Shown: positions 1 to 12,242 of the stretch, in pieces
Numbering within the stretch: position 1 is the stretch's first letter
Layout of the letters: the number at the start of each line of letters is the position of its first letter
NCBI GenBank assembly: GCA_001600815.1
Contig: BCKZ01000019.1
Coordinates: forward strand, 124,001-188,000
Length of the DNA stretch: 64,000 nucleotides
Source of the DNA: Alloascoidea hylecoeti
Taxonomy: Eukaryota
Direction of reading: 5' to 3'
The notes under the pieces: generated by a model
Database searches by the model: none
What the model was told of the DNA's origin: nothing
What the model saw: only the letters and a program-made list of their open reading frames with translations
Program-made: the position numbers and the translations under genes

Positions 1-1176
1 TGTATAATTTGGATCAATTTGTAAAACACAATATTTTCCACCTTTTTTCCTTTTCAAGATTGCTAATGCTTCTGGTTCATAACCTGGTGCAATAACACCA
101 TCACTAACTTCTTTTGAAATGATCCTTGCAGTTGAAACATCTACAATGTTAGATAAAGCAATCCAATCACCAAAACTACTCATTCTATCAGCACCTCTTG
201 CTCTAGCATAGGCATTTGCTAAAGGAGATAGGTTTTCAATATCTTGAACAAAATATACCTTTTTTTCAACTTCAGACAAAGGTAATCCAACAGCTGCGCC
301 GGCAGGGGACACATGTTTAAATGAAGCAGCAGCAGGCAAATTCAAAGATGCACTTAATTCCTTAACCAATGGCCATGAGTTTAAAGCATCCAATAAATTG
401 ATATAACCAGGAGATCCCGAAAGAACCTTGAAAGGTAGGACACCTTCAGTTACATAAGCCTGGGCAGGTTTTTGATGAGGATTTGCACCATATCTTAAAG
501 GTAATTGAGAAATACCTTCTGAATACTTCTTTCTAAAAAAATCTGAAATTGCAGAATCGTAATCAGCAGTATGTTCAAAAGCTTTCAAGGCAAAGATTTT
601 CTTTGATTGATCAGTAATTTCACCTTTTTTCAATTCTTCCAAAAAACTTGGATAATCATTTGGATCAGATAAAATAGTAACTCTAGAATGATTTTTAGCA
701 GCAGCTCTTAATAAAGTAACACCACCAATATCGATTTCTTCAACAGCTTCATCAATTGTAACATTAATTTTAGAAACAGTTTGTTTAAAAGGATATAAAT
801 TACAAACGACAAAATCAACTTTTTCAATATGTTGATCGGCCAAATCTTTTTCATCTGATTCTATATTACGAGCTAAGATACCAGCATGAACGGCAGGATG
901 AAGAGTTTTAACCCGTCCCGACAACATCTCCGGTGCATGTGTAATAGTACTAACATCTCTTTATAATCAACAATATTAGAAAAATGGGATCAATTGATCA
1001 ATGGATCAATAAAAAAGATCTACTTACTCAACAGGGAAACCAGCTTCTCTGACCATTTTGGCAGTACCACCAGAAGCTAATAATCTGACGTTGTTTTGGA
1101 CCAATCCTTTGGCTAAATCCAAAAGACCTGTTTTGTTATAAACGGATATAATGGCTGTTTTCCTTGCTTCCGACAT
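1..1176 (-). CDS. ADE17: Bifunctional AICAR transformylase/IMP cyclohydrolase (Ade16/Ade17, PurH); 5' part only, runs off the window; one intron 959..1027
   Basis: Manual translation from ATG at 1176 gives [25 protein letters not shown]...[49 protein letters not shown]...[21 protein letters not shown]...LRYGANPHQ. The intron has a GTAAGT donor, TTCTAAT branch and AAG acceptor, and removing it restores the frame. Missed by the ORF track. Confidence 0.96.
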
Positions 1177-1261
1177 GATGAAAAATCAAAAAGTTTGCCT
1201 GGTTTTCGGTTGAAGTTTCAGAGGTTTGAAGGTTTGGGCAGAGAATAAAGAAAAATTGAAG

Positions 1262-1289
1262 TGACTCACAAGTTACCCTGACTGATTCA
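1262..1289. promoter_or_regulatory. Gcn4/Bas1-type sites (TGACTC at 1262; TGATTCA at 1283) in the 153-bp divergent promoter
   Basis: TGACTC is the known Bas1/Gcn4 core in yeast ADE promoters and lies ~90 bp upstream of the ADE17 ATG. Binding is inferred. Confidence 0.6.
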
Positions 1290-1329
1290 CGGACGTCCAA
1301 ACCTCCATCACCAGAAATTGTACAACACA

Positions 1330-3241
1330 ATGTCTAACTCTGCTACTTCCGCAACTTCTCCAGCAGATATCTCCTGGAGAGCCAGAAACTTAGGTATGTA
1401 AAAAAATGAAATAGTGAAACAGAAAATTTCAATTGTCAATTTTAAATTTTGAATTTGCAATTTTCGATTGTGTTTTGAATGTGATTATTAACAAAATCTT
1501 AGGTCCCCTTGAGCAATACTTTACTGTCAGAAGTGAAAAAGATCTTTATAAATCGATTTTAGTCTCCGCTTCTTATTCTACTCCAATCTCTAAACCGGAA
1601 TTAATCAGAGCCGTTAGAGCTGTGGTCTTGGATAATCCAATTCTATCTGCAAATGTCTTTCAACTTGAAGATGGTTGTAAATCAGCCTGGTTAGGAATTG
1701 TCCCCTCTTTTGACATTGAATGTGCAATTGAATATAGGTATACTTCCGATAAATACGGTCCTAATAAAATGCCAGAGGATGGTTCTATTTTTCAATTTAC
1801 TGCGGATCTATTTCCTGGGTTAATGAATGAAGGTTTTAGTTCAAATTTAAGTCAGCAAGATAAAGTTTTATGGAAATTAATTGTTTTAAATAATACAGAG
1901 GTTTGTTTTATTTATGATCATTGTTTAGCTGATGGAATGTCAAGTTGTTTCTTCCACGATTCTTTATTTAAGAAACTAGTTGAATTTGAAAATCAACCTT
2001 TAAATCCATCATCTTTAAACTCAAAGTTTGTATTTTCTGATTTTAATCCTTCAAATCCGTTACCACCACCAATTGAACTATTACTTGACTTTCATACTTC
2101 AATGAAATCATTAGCTGGTGAATTATGGAATTATTATGCTCCAAAATTTTTAAAATCAAAAAAAATCGCAAATGCATGGAAAGCAAAACCAATTTCAGAT
2201 ACAAGAGAAGCATTATTTGATTTAAAAACTGGTAAAGCAATAATTAATTCATCACCAATTTATGATTTAATTACACTTGATAATAAATCAACTTCTAAAA
2301 TCTTATCAATTTGTAAAGAAAAAAAAGTAACAGTTACTTCATTTTTAACAATTGCATTTTTAGAATCAATTTTAGATATAACTAAAAGTAAGCCAACTCA
2401 ATTTGCAATTGCTGTTGATGCAAGAAGATATTTAGATGTTGATAAATTTAATCAATTACAAAAAAATTCAAATATTACAAGTGTTAATAATTTAATTGGT
2501 TGTTATTTAACAGATGTTACATTTAATTTAAATCCAGTTGTTCCAGGTAATACAGCATGGGAAGTAGTTGATGAATTATCAAATAGTATTAAATATAAAA
2601 TCAAGCCTGAAATCATTTCAAAATCAGATACAACTCATGAATTAAAATTTATTGATGATTTTAGTGAATTTTTTGTTAAAAGAACATTAGAACCAATTGA
2701 TGAGACATTATCCCTTTCAAATCTTGGTTATAGGAAATTTGTTGCTACTGCCACTCATGCTGCTACTGCCACCAATGCTGCCACTACTACCCCTGCCGTT
2801 ACTGTAACTCCTGCCGTTACTGTAACTCCTGCTACTGTTACTCCTGTAGTTACTGCTCTTGCTGCTGCTACTCCTGCCACTACTCCTGCCATTGCTACAC
2901 CTGTTATTGCTTCTGCTACTATCACTACTGCTACTCCTGTAGTTACTGCTGCTCCTGTTGCTCCTGTTGCTGCTCCTACTGCAACTGCTACTGCAGATCC
3001 TGCGATTTCAAATTCAAATTCAAAGTCAAAATATCATGTTGAAAGACTAACATTTAATACATCTAATTTTGCATACTCATTTGATGTTAATGTCATTACT
3101 GTTGAAAGTTCAAATGGTCCAGTTTTAAGTATTGGTTTATGTGCTGGGATTAGTATTTTCAATAAAAATTCAAAATTCACATTTAAAGATGTTGTTGAAA
3201 AATTCCATAGCATATTATTGGATCCTGAACACAAATTATAA
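1330..3241 (+). CDS. Alcohol/N-acetyltransferase (AATase family, Atf1/Atf2/Sli1-like); join(1330..1393,1503..3241)
   Basis: Catalytic HxxxDG motif (DHCLADG), WKLIVL, AVDARRYL and LSLSNLG motifs. Exon 1 MSNSATS...RARNL is followed by a GTATGT donor at 1394, TATTAAC branch and TAG acceptor at 1502, joining in frame to GPLEQYF. Confidence 0.9.
2741..3000 (+). repeat. Low-complexity GCT/ACT/CCT/GTT codon repeats encoding an Ala/Thr/Pro/Val linker inside the acetyltransferase
   Basis: Repeated units such as cctgccgttactgtaact give ATTTPAVTVTPAVTVTP... of about 85 aa. Confidence 0.85.
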
Positions 3242-4288
3242 ATATTAAATAAAAATAAAGAGAAGGGGAATTGATTTCATGTTGGAAATAGCATACACAT
3301 ATATATAGGTTTTTTTTTTTTATTAAATATGGGCCTATATATTGATTTAAGATTACTATATTATTATACTCGTTTCTTTATGTGCTTTGCGTAAAAGACC
3401 TATTCATGCCGGTTCATCAGGCTCCGGCTCTGTTGAAGAGGCTGAAGACCCAAATAAAGAATGGTCAGTCGTAACTTTTTTCATTGAAATGGTAAAGATG
3501 AAACTAGTAGATTTGCAAGGAAAGAAGAGTTTTTTATTGAACTATAAAATATGCATATTTATAGGTCTATGCCATACACACTGTTGACTTATAATTAGCA
3601 TCAATCTTTTTTAGAACCTCCTATTGCCAATGATTTAGTTAGCTCTAATCCCATTTTCCCCATTTATTTAAGATTGTGATTGGGATTGATTATTAGAAAA
3701 ATATTGATATCAATCAGATATTGATTACGTGTATGAGTACATTTTAGAGTTAGCAATCAATATGGCAAATGAAGAAGGAAGGTCTAGATAAGCCTGTTAT
3801 AATTAAGCAGTGATGTAAGCACTCTAATCGGGAAAGTGTAAAGGGCCTATACCTTATAATACAGTTAAAGATGAAAACTATTTATTTTGTATAGTTCTAT
3901 AATATATTATAGTTAGTCTTTTTAAAGGATATATAAATGTAATTCAGTGAAGAATAAAACCCGCAAAGTAGATTTTATTCTCCTTTTATATTTTAACCAG
4001 CTAATTAAATATTTAACTATTCCATGTGTATTAATTTCTAGCAAACTAGCTATTATATTTATAGGAGGTTTAAGCGAAAGTAACTGTTGTTATTAAGGAA
4101 AGTTTTGGCGAACTTCACCTATAATTCAGAACTACCAACGTTACAATTTATGCAAATAAACTAAGGACATTTCACATTATAATCATGTCATTAAGTAATT
4201 TATAATAAAAATCTAACAAATGTAATAATAATAAATACATCAATATTAAATTTGAATAATTTAAATGTCTTCAATTTCCTTTTCAACC

Positions 4289-4783
4289 TCATCTTTTCAT
4301 AGCCCACTCATTCTCTTTCTTGATTTGAGTTTCTTCCTCTGGGGTAAAATCGTTAACAATACCGAACATCTCCCTCATTTCTTCTGCACTCTTTCCCTTC
4401 ATCATATTTGCCACGGTTTTACAGCAAAGATCCAATAGGTGCCTGATATTCATATAATTGGCAACTGCTAGGATTTGAAATATAGCAGTTTTATCATTGG
4501 CATTTAGGAATTTTTTATCCCAATCATCAATGTGGATTATCTTATGGTTTGCCTGATCTTCGTCAATGGGTGAAAGATCATCATCTTTGTGATGATCAAG
4601 CCATTCGATAACCCTTTTTAATACAAATGAGCTAGCTAGTGGTAAAGGAACAACTATGTCTTTGTCAAACTCTTTGAAGTGAGAAATCATACTTCTAACC
4701 ATTATAGAGTGTTCAATAATTTTTTGTTTAACTTTAAACTGTTCACCATTGGAGGATATTAACGTAATAGATATGGATGACAT
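4289..4783 (-). CDS. SKP1: Skp1-family protein (SCF adaptor), divergent; likely start at ATG 4783
   Basis: ITLISSNGEQF, VPLP...VLKRVIEWLDHHK, IDDWDKKFL, ANYMNIRHLLDLCCKTVANMMKGKSAEEMREMFGIVNDFTPEEE...ENEW match the Skp1 POZ and dimerisation domains. The ORF-track start is TTG. May be a paralogue rather than the main SKP1. Confidence 0.9.
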   Translation of the reverse strand: MSSISITLISSNGEQFKVKQKIIEHSIMVRSMISHFKEFDKDIVVPLPLASSFVLKRVIEWLDHHKDDDLSPIDEDQANHKIIHIDDWDKKFLNANDKTAIFQILAVANYMNIRHLLDLCCKTVANMMKGKSAEEMREMFGIVNDFTPEEETQIKKENEWAMKR

Positions 4784-7089
4784 TGCAGTAAAAAAAGTAA
4801 ACAAATTGGAATGCTTTTATATAAATAATGGGTGGCAGCAGCACTGACTGTGCATAAAGTTTAATATATAATTTGTTGTAACTACCTAAATGGATTTTGG
4901 TGTGTCTTTCTAACTTATTAGTATGCATAATATTCTATATCATATGTAGGAATGACTTTATGTAATGACTGCTTTAAATTTAGTTCCGTACTCCTCTCTT
5001 TATAAGAGTTATAGGCGAAGGGAAGTCTTACTGTAGGTATTCGGAACACTAGTAATTTATTATAAAATATTGATCTTTTATTTGAGTGATTATAAGAAGA
5101 TATATATGGTAGAGAGTTTTGATCATGACATTGAGGCCAAGTTCTGCAGAACGATTGAATATAGTTCCTACTATGAGATTTATATAGAAATCGATATGAT
5201 ATTTCTTATATTTCTTTATGTTTATATATAATTATATGCATGCTCTTGATTCTTGGTATGACACTCTTGAAGTTTTCATCAACGAGCATCACTATAAATC
5301 AATTGAAATTCATAATGTTAATTAAACCGGTTTCTAATCCTGGTGAAACCATTAAAAGTTGGAATGTTTGGACGCTGGGTGGCGATTCAAGACTATCGCA
5401 ATGAAATGAGCGAAGTTGAGTGTGATACGACTAATTTCTGTATTAATTGAAACTGAGTATTGACCACACAAAAAATAAATTGAATAATAGGAAGATGAAA
5501 CATTAGAATAATGATAATCGGATAATTATTAGTTGACCAGATATTAGCACATGAATTTTCTAGAGCTTTTGGAAAATTATCCTCTCCTAATATTTAGAAC
5601 TCTACATATAACTTTTATAGCTAATTAAAAATTTTTTCTCCACCATTTAATATCTTATCGCAGTATTCCACATCTTACTTCATTGATTTTAGGTTTTTTG
5701 TTTGTACGCAACAGCCACCTGGTTAGAATGTGTTGTTGGATATATTACACTCTTAGAACAGTTCACTAGAGAGTCGATTGGCTTTTTAGTGCAACCGGGA
5801 GAACAGACACTTTGAACTTTATCATGTGTCACCCGATAATCGGCAGTTATGGCGCTAAAAGACAAACCTCATCATGAAGGCTGTTTTCACTAGATAATGA
5901 CGTATGACAGCAAAAAGCATCATTTCTATCTTTGTCTCTACTGACACAGAGATTTATCCAGTGTTGTTTAGAACCAACTAAAAACGATTTGGATTCTTTG
6001 AACCAAGGATTAGATGAAGACCCGAGGGTTATTTATGGAATGGATGTTCATGTGACAAACATCATTGGTGTGATGTGGAGATCCTCAAAAAGCCTGATTC
6101 CCCACCTGAATATTATGTGTTAGGCACAAGCCGCGAGACTTGTACTGAAGAGTGCGGGAAGCAAAACAACCAGATCCGTTTTCTTATAATAGAAATTCAT
6201 TAAAGAAAGGTAGAAGAGGTAAATCTGAAATTCTCTATGAGACACATCTTACCTTTGACCCAAGTATGAAGAATTCATAATATTAAGTAGAATTGATATT
6301 TAAATTATTTAGCTTTTAGAATAAAATTGGTGATCATGTAACTTACACTTTGGGTGTTACGAAACTTTCCCGATCTTATAGTGTATAATTATGTTTTGAT
6401 AATTATAAGCTATTCTCGTGATTGATTTATTTTAGACCCCGTAATTGATATTAAATAAGTAATTCATCACTATGTTATAGTCAGTTCAATAATTAGTACT
6501 ATGATAGTAATATTGAACTAACTTATATGCCTGCATATGCACAGTTCCGGAATCATTGTACTTGCATAACAGTATCCATTTATGGAATTATCCAATTGTA
6601 ATGAATACTCCATCTACAACGAAACCTCAAAAAATAATACCAAACAGTTATATTCAATAAATAGAATAAAAATATATAATTAACATACGTAGCTAAGTAT
6701 AACATATCAATCTATCTATCTCTATGATCATTTGGATGATGATCGATATCGATGCTTGTGAAGTTGTGCTCTTTCTCGTTAGATATTCCCTTTTTGATAA
6801 ATTTCATTAAAAATTTGAAAGATAGAGGCCGTCTATTATTCATTTTATGAGCCTTTTTTTACTTAATTGTATCATTTTTTTGAATTACAAAAGTTTGTCG
6901 ATTTCCTACCATTTTTTGGATTAAGAATCCATCCTACCAATGAAAAAATTCAACTTTAATATGTCCAACTCATAATCTATGTGGTGAAAAAAAGTTTAGG
7001 TTTTGTGTTTCTTATACATATCAATGATATATTCTTTGACGTTTAGTGTATTTGTAATTTAAGAAATGAAAAATAATAATATAGTAAAA

Positions 7090-7340
7090 GTTTATATTAA
7101 ATGGGTTAGTGATATCCTGTATAACGATTGTTAACACAGCTGTGTTAATATACAATTGTATTTTTACTGATAGAGGGCCAATTGATATTTTTAAAATGAG
7201 ATCATGAAATGATTACAACTATTATAAAATTATATCTACAGATTAAGTAGTAAGAAAGCAAACAAAGAACAGATATTACTCAAAAATGTTACCTTGACTC
7301 CTCACTGATTCCTCAAAGGATTAATATGCAAGAGTGGTTA
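7090..7340 (+). mobile_element. Dispersed repeat family A, copy 1 (probable decayed solo LTR)
   Basis: Shares blocks in order with 26570..26920: atatcc..aacgattgttaa..ctgtgttaa.atac.attg, aactattataaaa, aaagga...atatgcaag. Confidence 0.55.
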
Positions 7341-8877
7341 TCGTTTGGAGTACATGAACAATTCCTATTCAACGTATCCTATATGTAGGAATTACAAAAA
7401 AAAAAAGAAGAGTGAGGATCTTGATTGTTGAGTTAAATGAAAGCAAAAATGACGATGGCTCCTAGTATTTCGAAAAAAATGTATTTTTCGAAAGATATCT
7501 CTCTGTAAAGTGTTTTTAAAATTGAATATAATGAAAGATTGAGATGAACTATATTTTAGAAAAGTTAAGATTTGAAAGTGAAGCAGAATGGATATGTAAG
7601 GATGAATTCCTATTTTCATATAAGTCATATATACCATTAACTAGTAATAATATACAATTATTAACCTTATTGAAAGCCGAAAGAATTACCCCAAAATACA
7701 TAATTGTATGAATTAAACTTAAAAAACTAGCATATACTGATTGGTATGGAAGTTGATATAAAGTAGCATTATATTGCCACTACCTATAAAAAAAAGTATG
7801 ACAAAATAAATATATTTCAGAATTCAAATGAACATTTTTACTTAGGACTCTTAATTAAATGATACTGATACCGTTCCAATAAAGATATAGAAAACCCGAT
7901 TTATTATTATATAAATCTGTTAATAAATTCTTTAATTTAAACATGACACATTTCTCTTTAATAATTTATTAAGTCCTAAGTATTCATAAGTCAATCATCA
8001 TTAATATTAGTAAAATTATTGAACAATAAAGTATTTTAGAACAAATTGAATTGAAAAACAACAATTATAATAACCGATAAATCTATAATCAAAGAAATCA
8101 TTCCAAAATGGTCTTAATTGAAATGAACAACTGAAAAGTTATTGCTATGCACAGTAAAAACATTTTCATTAAACTCATACATGGATGAATTGATAGCACT
8201 TCTTGACTTTAAAATGAGGATAAATTCAACGATAAATCCGGGTAACATGAGTACATCAATTACAAAGTTCTCTATGAGGAACAAATTTGAATACTTAAAA
8301 GCCAAAAAAACCTTGTATTATAAAAAGGTAGAGAATGGGGATGAGGTCGAGGATGTCTTTTATGAATTAGGAACATAAATGCATAAGATAAAGTCTGATA
8401 ACGTATAAAATAGTAATAATTTGCATTATCTAAGCTTAGATAGAGAGATAATTTGAACACGAGGCGCTTTTAATAATAACTATAATAAAATCATTTATAA
8501 TTATAGGATTTGATTCTTTAACTTTTAATAAAAGCCAAAACTTTTTAATGATTATTATGATGAGGTTTAATTTGTAAGAAATATATAGTATAAAGCATTA
8601 TATTTTATTCTCTATCTATAATTATGAGTAAGTATAGCACACTACATATCGATCAATTAAAATCGCAAACAAAATTATGTTTAAATATTACCTATAGCTA
8701 TACTTAATTCAATTATAATATAATTAAACCAACTTCAATATTAATTGTAAAAAAATGAAAAAAAAAAAAAAATTGAAAAAAAAAAAAGAGTATTGAAATA
8801 ATAAAATAAATTATAGCTATATGAAAAAATGAAAAGAAAAAAAAAAAAAAAACAAAAACATTGAAAATATAAAATCA

Positions 8878-8885
<8 letters not shown>

Positions 8886-8911
<26 letters not shown>
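8886..8911. repeat. (TA)n microsatellite within a poly(A)-rich tract
   Basis: Direct reading; flanked by long A runs at 8750-8940. Confidence 0.9.
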
Positions 8912-8916
<5 letters not shown>

Positions 8917-9279
8917 GAATTGATAAAAAAAAAAAATCTCATTCCTTCCTTCCTTTTATTATTATTCCCTTTATTAACATCTTATGTCCCTCAATTATAA
9001 CATTGTATTTTATCTTATGAAATCTTTTTGAATCTCTTAATCTTTCTTTTTTAAATTAAATTAAATCAAATTTTGTTTAAATGAAATTGATTAACATTAT
9101 AATGCTATTATTATTTATTTATCAATAATTAATTTAGTTAGTATAATTAGCTAAAGCCCCCTATATTATATCCCAACGCATTTTCAAATCAATGCAAATT
9201 CAAACAAAATCAAATTAAAAAAATTCATAAAAAAATTCATAAAAATAAAGAAATATCAATCACTTTTTTCCTTTTAATT

Positions 9280-9523
9280 NNNNNNNNNNNNNNNNNNNNN
9301 NNNNNNNNNNNNNNNNNNNNNNNNNNNNNNNNNNNNNNNNNNNNNNNNNNNNNNNNNNNNNNNNNNNNNNNNNNNNNNNNNNNNNNNNNNNNNNNNNNNN
9401 NNNNNNNNNNNNNNNNNNNNNNNNNNNNNNNNNNNNNNNNNNNNNNNNNNNNNNNNNNNNNNNNNNNNNNNNNNNNNNNNNNNNNNNNNNNNNNNNNNNN
9501 NNNNNNNNNNNNNNNNNNNNNNN
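9280..9523. other. Assembly gap (244 N)
   Basis: Run of n in very AT-rich homopolymeric sequence. Confidence 1.
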
Positions 9524-9562
9524 TTTTTATTTATAATTGATGAAAATATTTATAATGAAATA

Positions 9563-9594
<32 letters not shown>

Positions 9595-9689
9595 GATTTT
9601 TAAAAATAAAATATGAAATCAATAAATAAAAATAAATAAAAATAAATAAAAAAAAACCCTTTAAAAATATTGAATATTGAATTTATTAA

Positions 9690-11025
9690 TTAATGTTTTC
9701 TTCTTCTACCAAAACCAAATAATTTTTTCTTTTCTTTTGATTTAGTTTTACTTAAACTTAAATTTTTTTCATCATTTAAAACAATTGGAATAGATTTTCT
9801 ATTTTCAATTTCAATTCCATTTGAAGTTAAATTATTACCATCATTTAAAATAATAGGCATTGATTTTCTATTTTCATTAATATTAATATCAAATTCTAAA
9901 ACAGTTGAAGGAGTTGTTGAATTAGTACCATTATTTAATTGATTATTATTACCATTTGAATTTGAGCCAGAACCAGAACCAGAACCAGAACCAATTGATG
10001 ATGAATTATTTGAACTTGTACCAATTGGAGAAATTACAATTGATTCATTAATATTTGAATTTCTTAATTGTTGTTGTTTTTGTTGTTGTTGATTTAATGG
10101 AATATTATTTCCATTAACATTTCCATTTGTATGTTTAAATGGTATCATTGGTTGAGTAGTACCACCATAAGATTTATGTTTTCTATTATTACTAATTAAT
10201 GAAGCTTGATATTGATAATTATCATTTTGATTACCATTCATTTGATTAATTTGATTCATTTGATTCATTTGCATCTGATTATTAAACATAGGAGAAGATC
10301 TTCTTTTCCCTTGAACAATTCTTTGTTGTTGTAATGATTGTGGTTGTTGTTGAGAATTATTTCTTTGAATTGATAATCTTCTACCAGTATCAACAGAACC
10401 ATATCTATCACTAGTTGTACCTAAATCAACAATTCCTAAAGAATTTAAATCTAAATTATTATTAAAATCTCCTGAATTATCATTAATATTTTTTAAATTT
10501 GGATCATAAAAGTTAAAACTTCTTTTAACATCTGTATAACTTTTACTTCTATTTTTATTACTAACAACTGATCCTCTATTTGATTTATTGTTATTATAAT
10601 TCATTAAAGAAATTGAATCATGACGATGTCTTCTACCAGTAAATGACATAATATCAAAATTTTTAGCTTGTTGTGGTGTTAGGATTGGTAATGTTGTTGA
10701 TATATCATTTGATGTATATTGTGATTGTGAAATTGATGGAGCTCTTGAATAATCATTTTGATTTTGATTTTGATTTTGATTTTGATTTTGATTTTGATTT
10801 TGATTTTGATTTTGATTTTGATTTGTTGGTGTGAAATAAGATTGTTGATTATTTGTTGATAAATAACCATTACTATTACCATTTTGAGTTTGAGGAGATG
10901 GAGTAGATTGATATTGAGATAATTGTAATTGTAAATTATTTAATTGTTGTTCTTTTTGATTTAATAAAATTTCTCTTTTATTTAAAAAATCTTCTTTTTC
11001 TTTTAATTTTTCATTTACATCATCA

Positions 11026-11072
<47 letters not shown>

Positions 11073-12242
11073 TAAGTCATTTAAAATTTTTGGAATTAAA
11101 AATAAAGATTTTTTTAAATAAATTAATTGATATTGTTTTAAAATAATATAAAAAATTTCTAAATAAGGACAATTTAAATTAAATTCATCACTTTTAAATA
11201 ATATTGATAAAAAGGATAAATCAATTAATGGATTTAAATTATTAATTAAATTATATTGTAATTCATTTGTTAAAGAATTTAAATTTAAAATTAAATTTTC
11301 AGAAGATGATGAAGATGATGAAGATGATGATGATGATGATGATGAAGATAATGATTGAATTTTTAAAGATAAAGAATTTAAATCAATATTTTGAAAATTT
11401 GTTGATGATTTTAAAATTTTTTCTTTTAAATCTTTTAAAGTTAAATTTGAATTTAAATTTGAATTTAAATTTGAATTTAAATTTGAACCATTAATTTTTT
11501 GATAAATATTTAATAATTCAATTAATAAACCATTAAATATTGGTTTTAATAAGATATTTTCTTTATTCTTATGTTTTTGATGACTATTTTCAGTAGAAGT
11601 TGACAAAAGGATATTTTTTAAAAAAGGAATTGAAATTTCAAAAATAGTTGATAATAAATCAATTGATAATTTTGGAATTAATAAGTCAAAAGAAATTTTA
11701 GAAAAATCCGATTGGTTTATCAATCTTGTTGGTATACCATTATTTGACAAATTTTCAACTAGTTTCAAAAGTAAAGGGGTAGTTGATTCATAATTGATTA
11801 TAGAGGAAATGTAGATTTTAGTGTGGGAAGAAATTAGAAAACAGTTGTGGTTTAAATACCTGAAGTCCGAATCCACCAAAATCAGATAGAACTGGGATTT
11901 CGGGAGTGATTGTTTTTGGACCTTGGAGATTCGGTCCAAGACAATGGAATTTAGGCCGATGGAATGGTTGGCCAGGATCAGGACCAGTTCAGCATCCGCG
12001 TGCAAGCCGGACAGGAGGGAGCCGAGGTGGAGCAGGGAGGTGGGGGCCAGCAGCGTGAGGGAGGAGTCGAGCGCGAGGGTCGTGTGGCAGTCGAGCGAGG
12101 GGGAGATCCACGTGACGGCATCGCGAGGCTGAGCAGCGTGGCGGACGGGGGCGCCGCGGACGGGCGGGGGCGGGGGCGAGGGCGAGGGGAGACAGTGGGA
12201 GCGGATGAGGGTCGCCGGCCCGCTTTCTTGGTCAAACCGCAT
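9690..12242 (-). CDS. Hypothetical 850-aa protein: folded-looking N-terminal half, a coiled coil, and an N/Q/S-rich disordered C-terminus with a basic tail
   Basis: Uninterrupted 2.55-kb ORF in AT-rich DNA. Coiled-coil EKLKEKEDFLNKREILLNQKEQQLNNLQ; ends KKKLFGFGRRRKH. Family not recognised, and the start in the GC-rich part is uncertain. Confidence 0.8.
10755..10820. repeat. (ATTTTG)11 coding microsatellite (QN dipeptide repeat)
   Basis: Direct reading. A poly-Asn (TTA)n run also lies at ~11028-11072. Confidence 0.95.

Noticed and set aside
3405..3485. 26-codon minus-strand ORF MKKVTTDHSLFGSSASSTEPEPDEPA
   Set aside because: Too short, with no motif such as a CAAX box or Kex2 repeats and no other support.
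7400..8460. Patches of protein-like text (e.g. ORF 8142-8378)
   Set aside because: Short, interrupted and without a recognisable family; may be a relic but cannot be supported.
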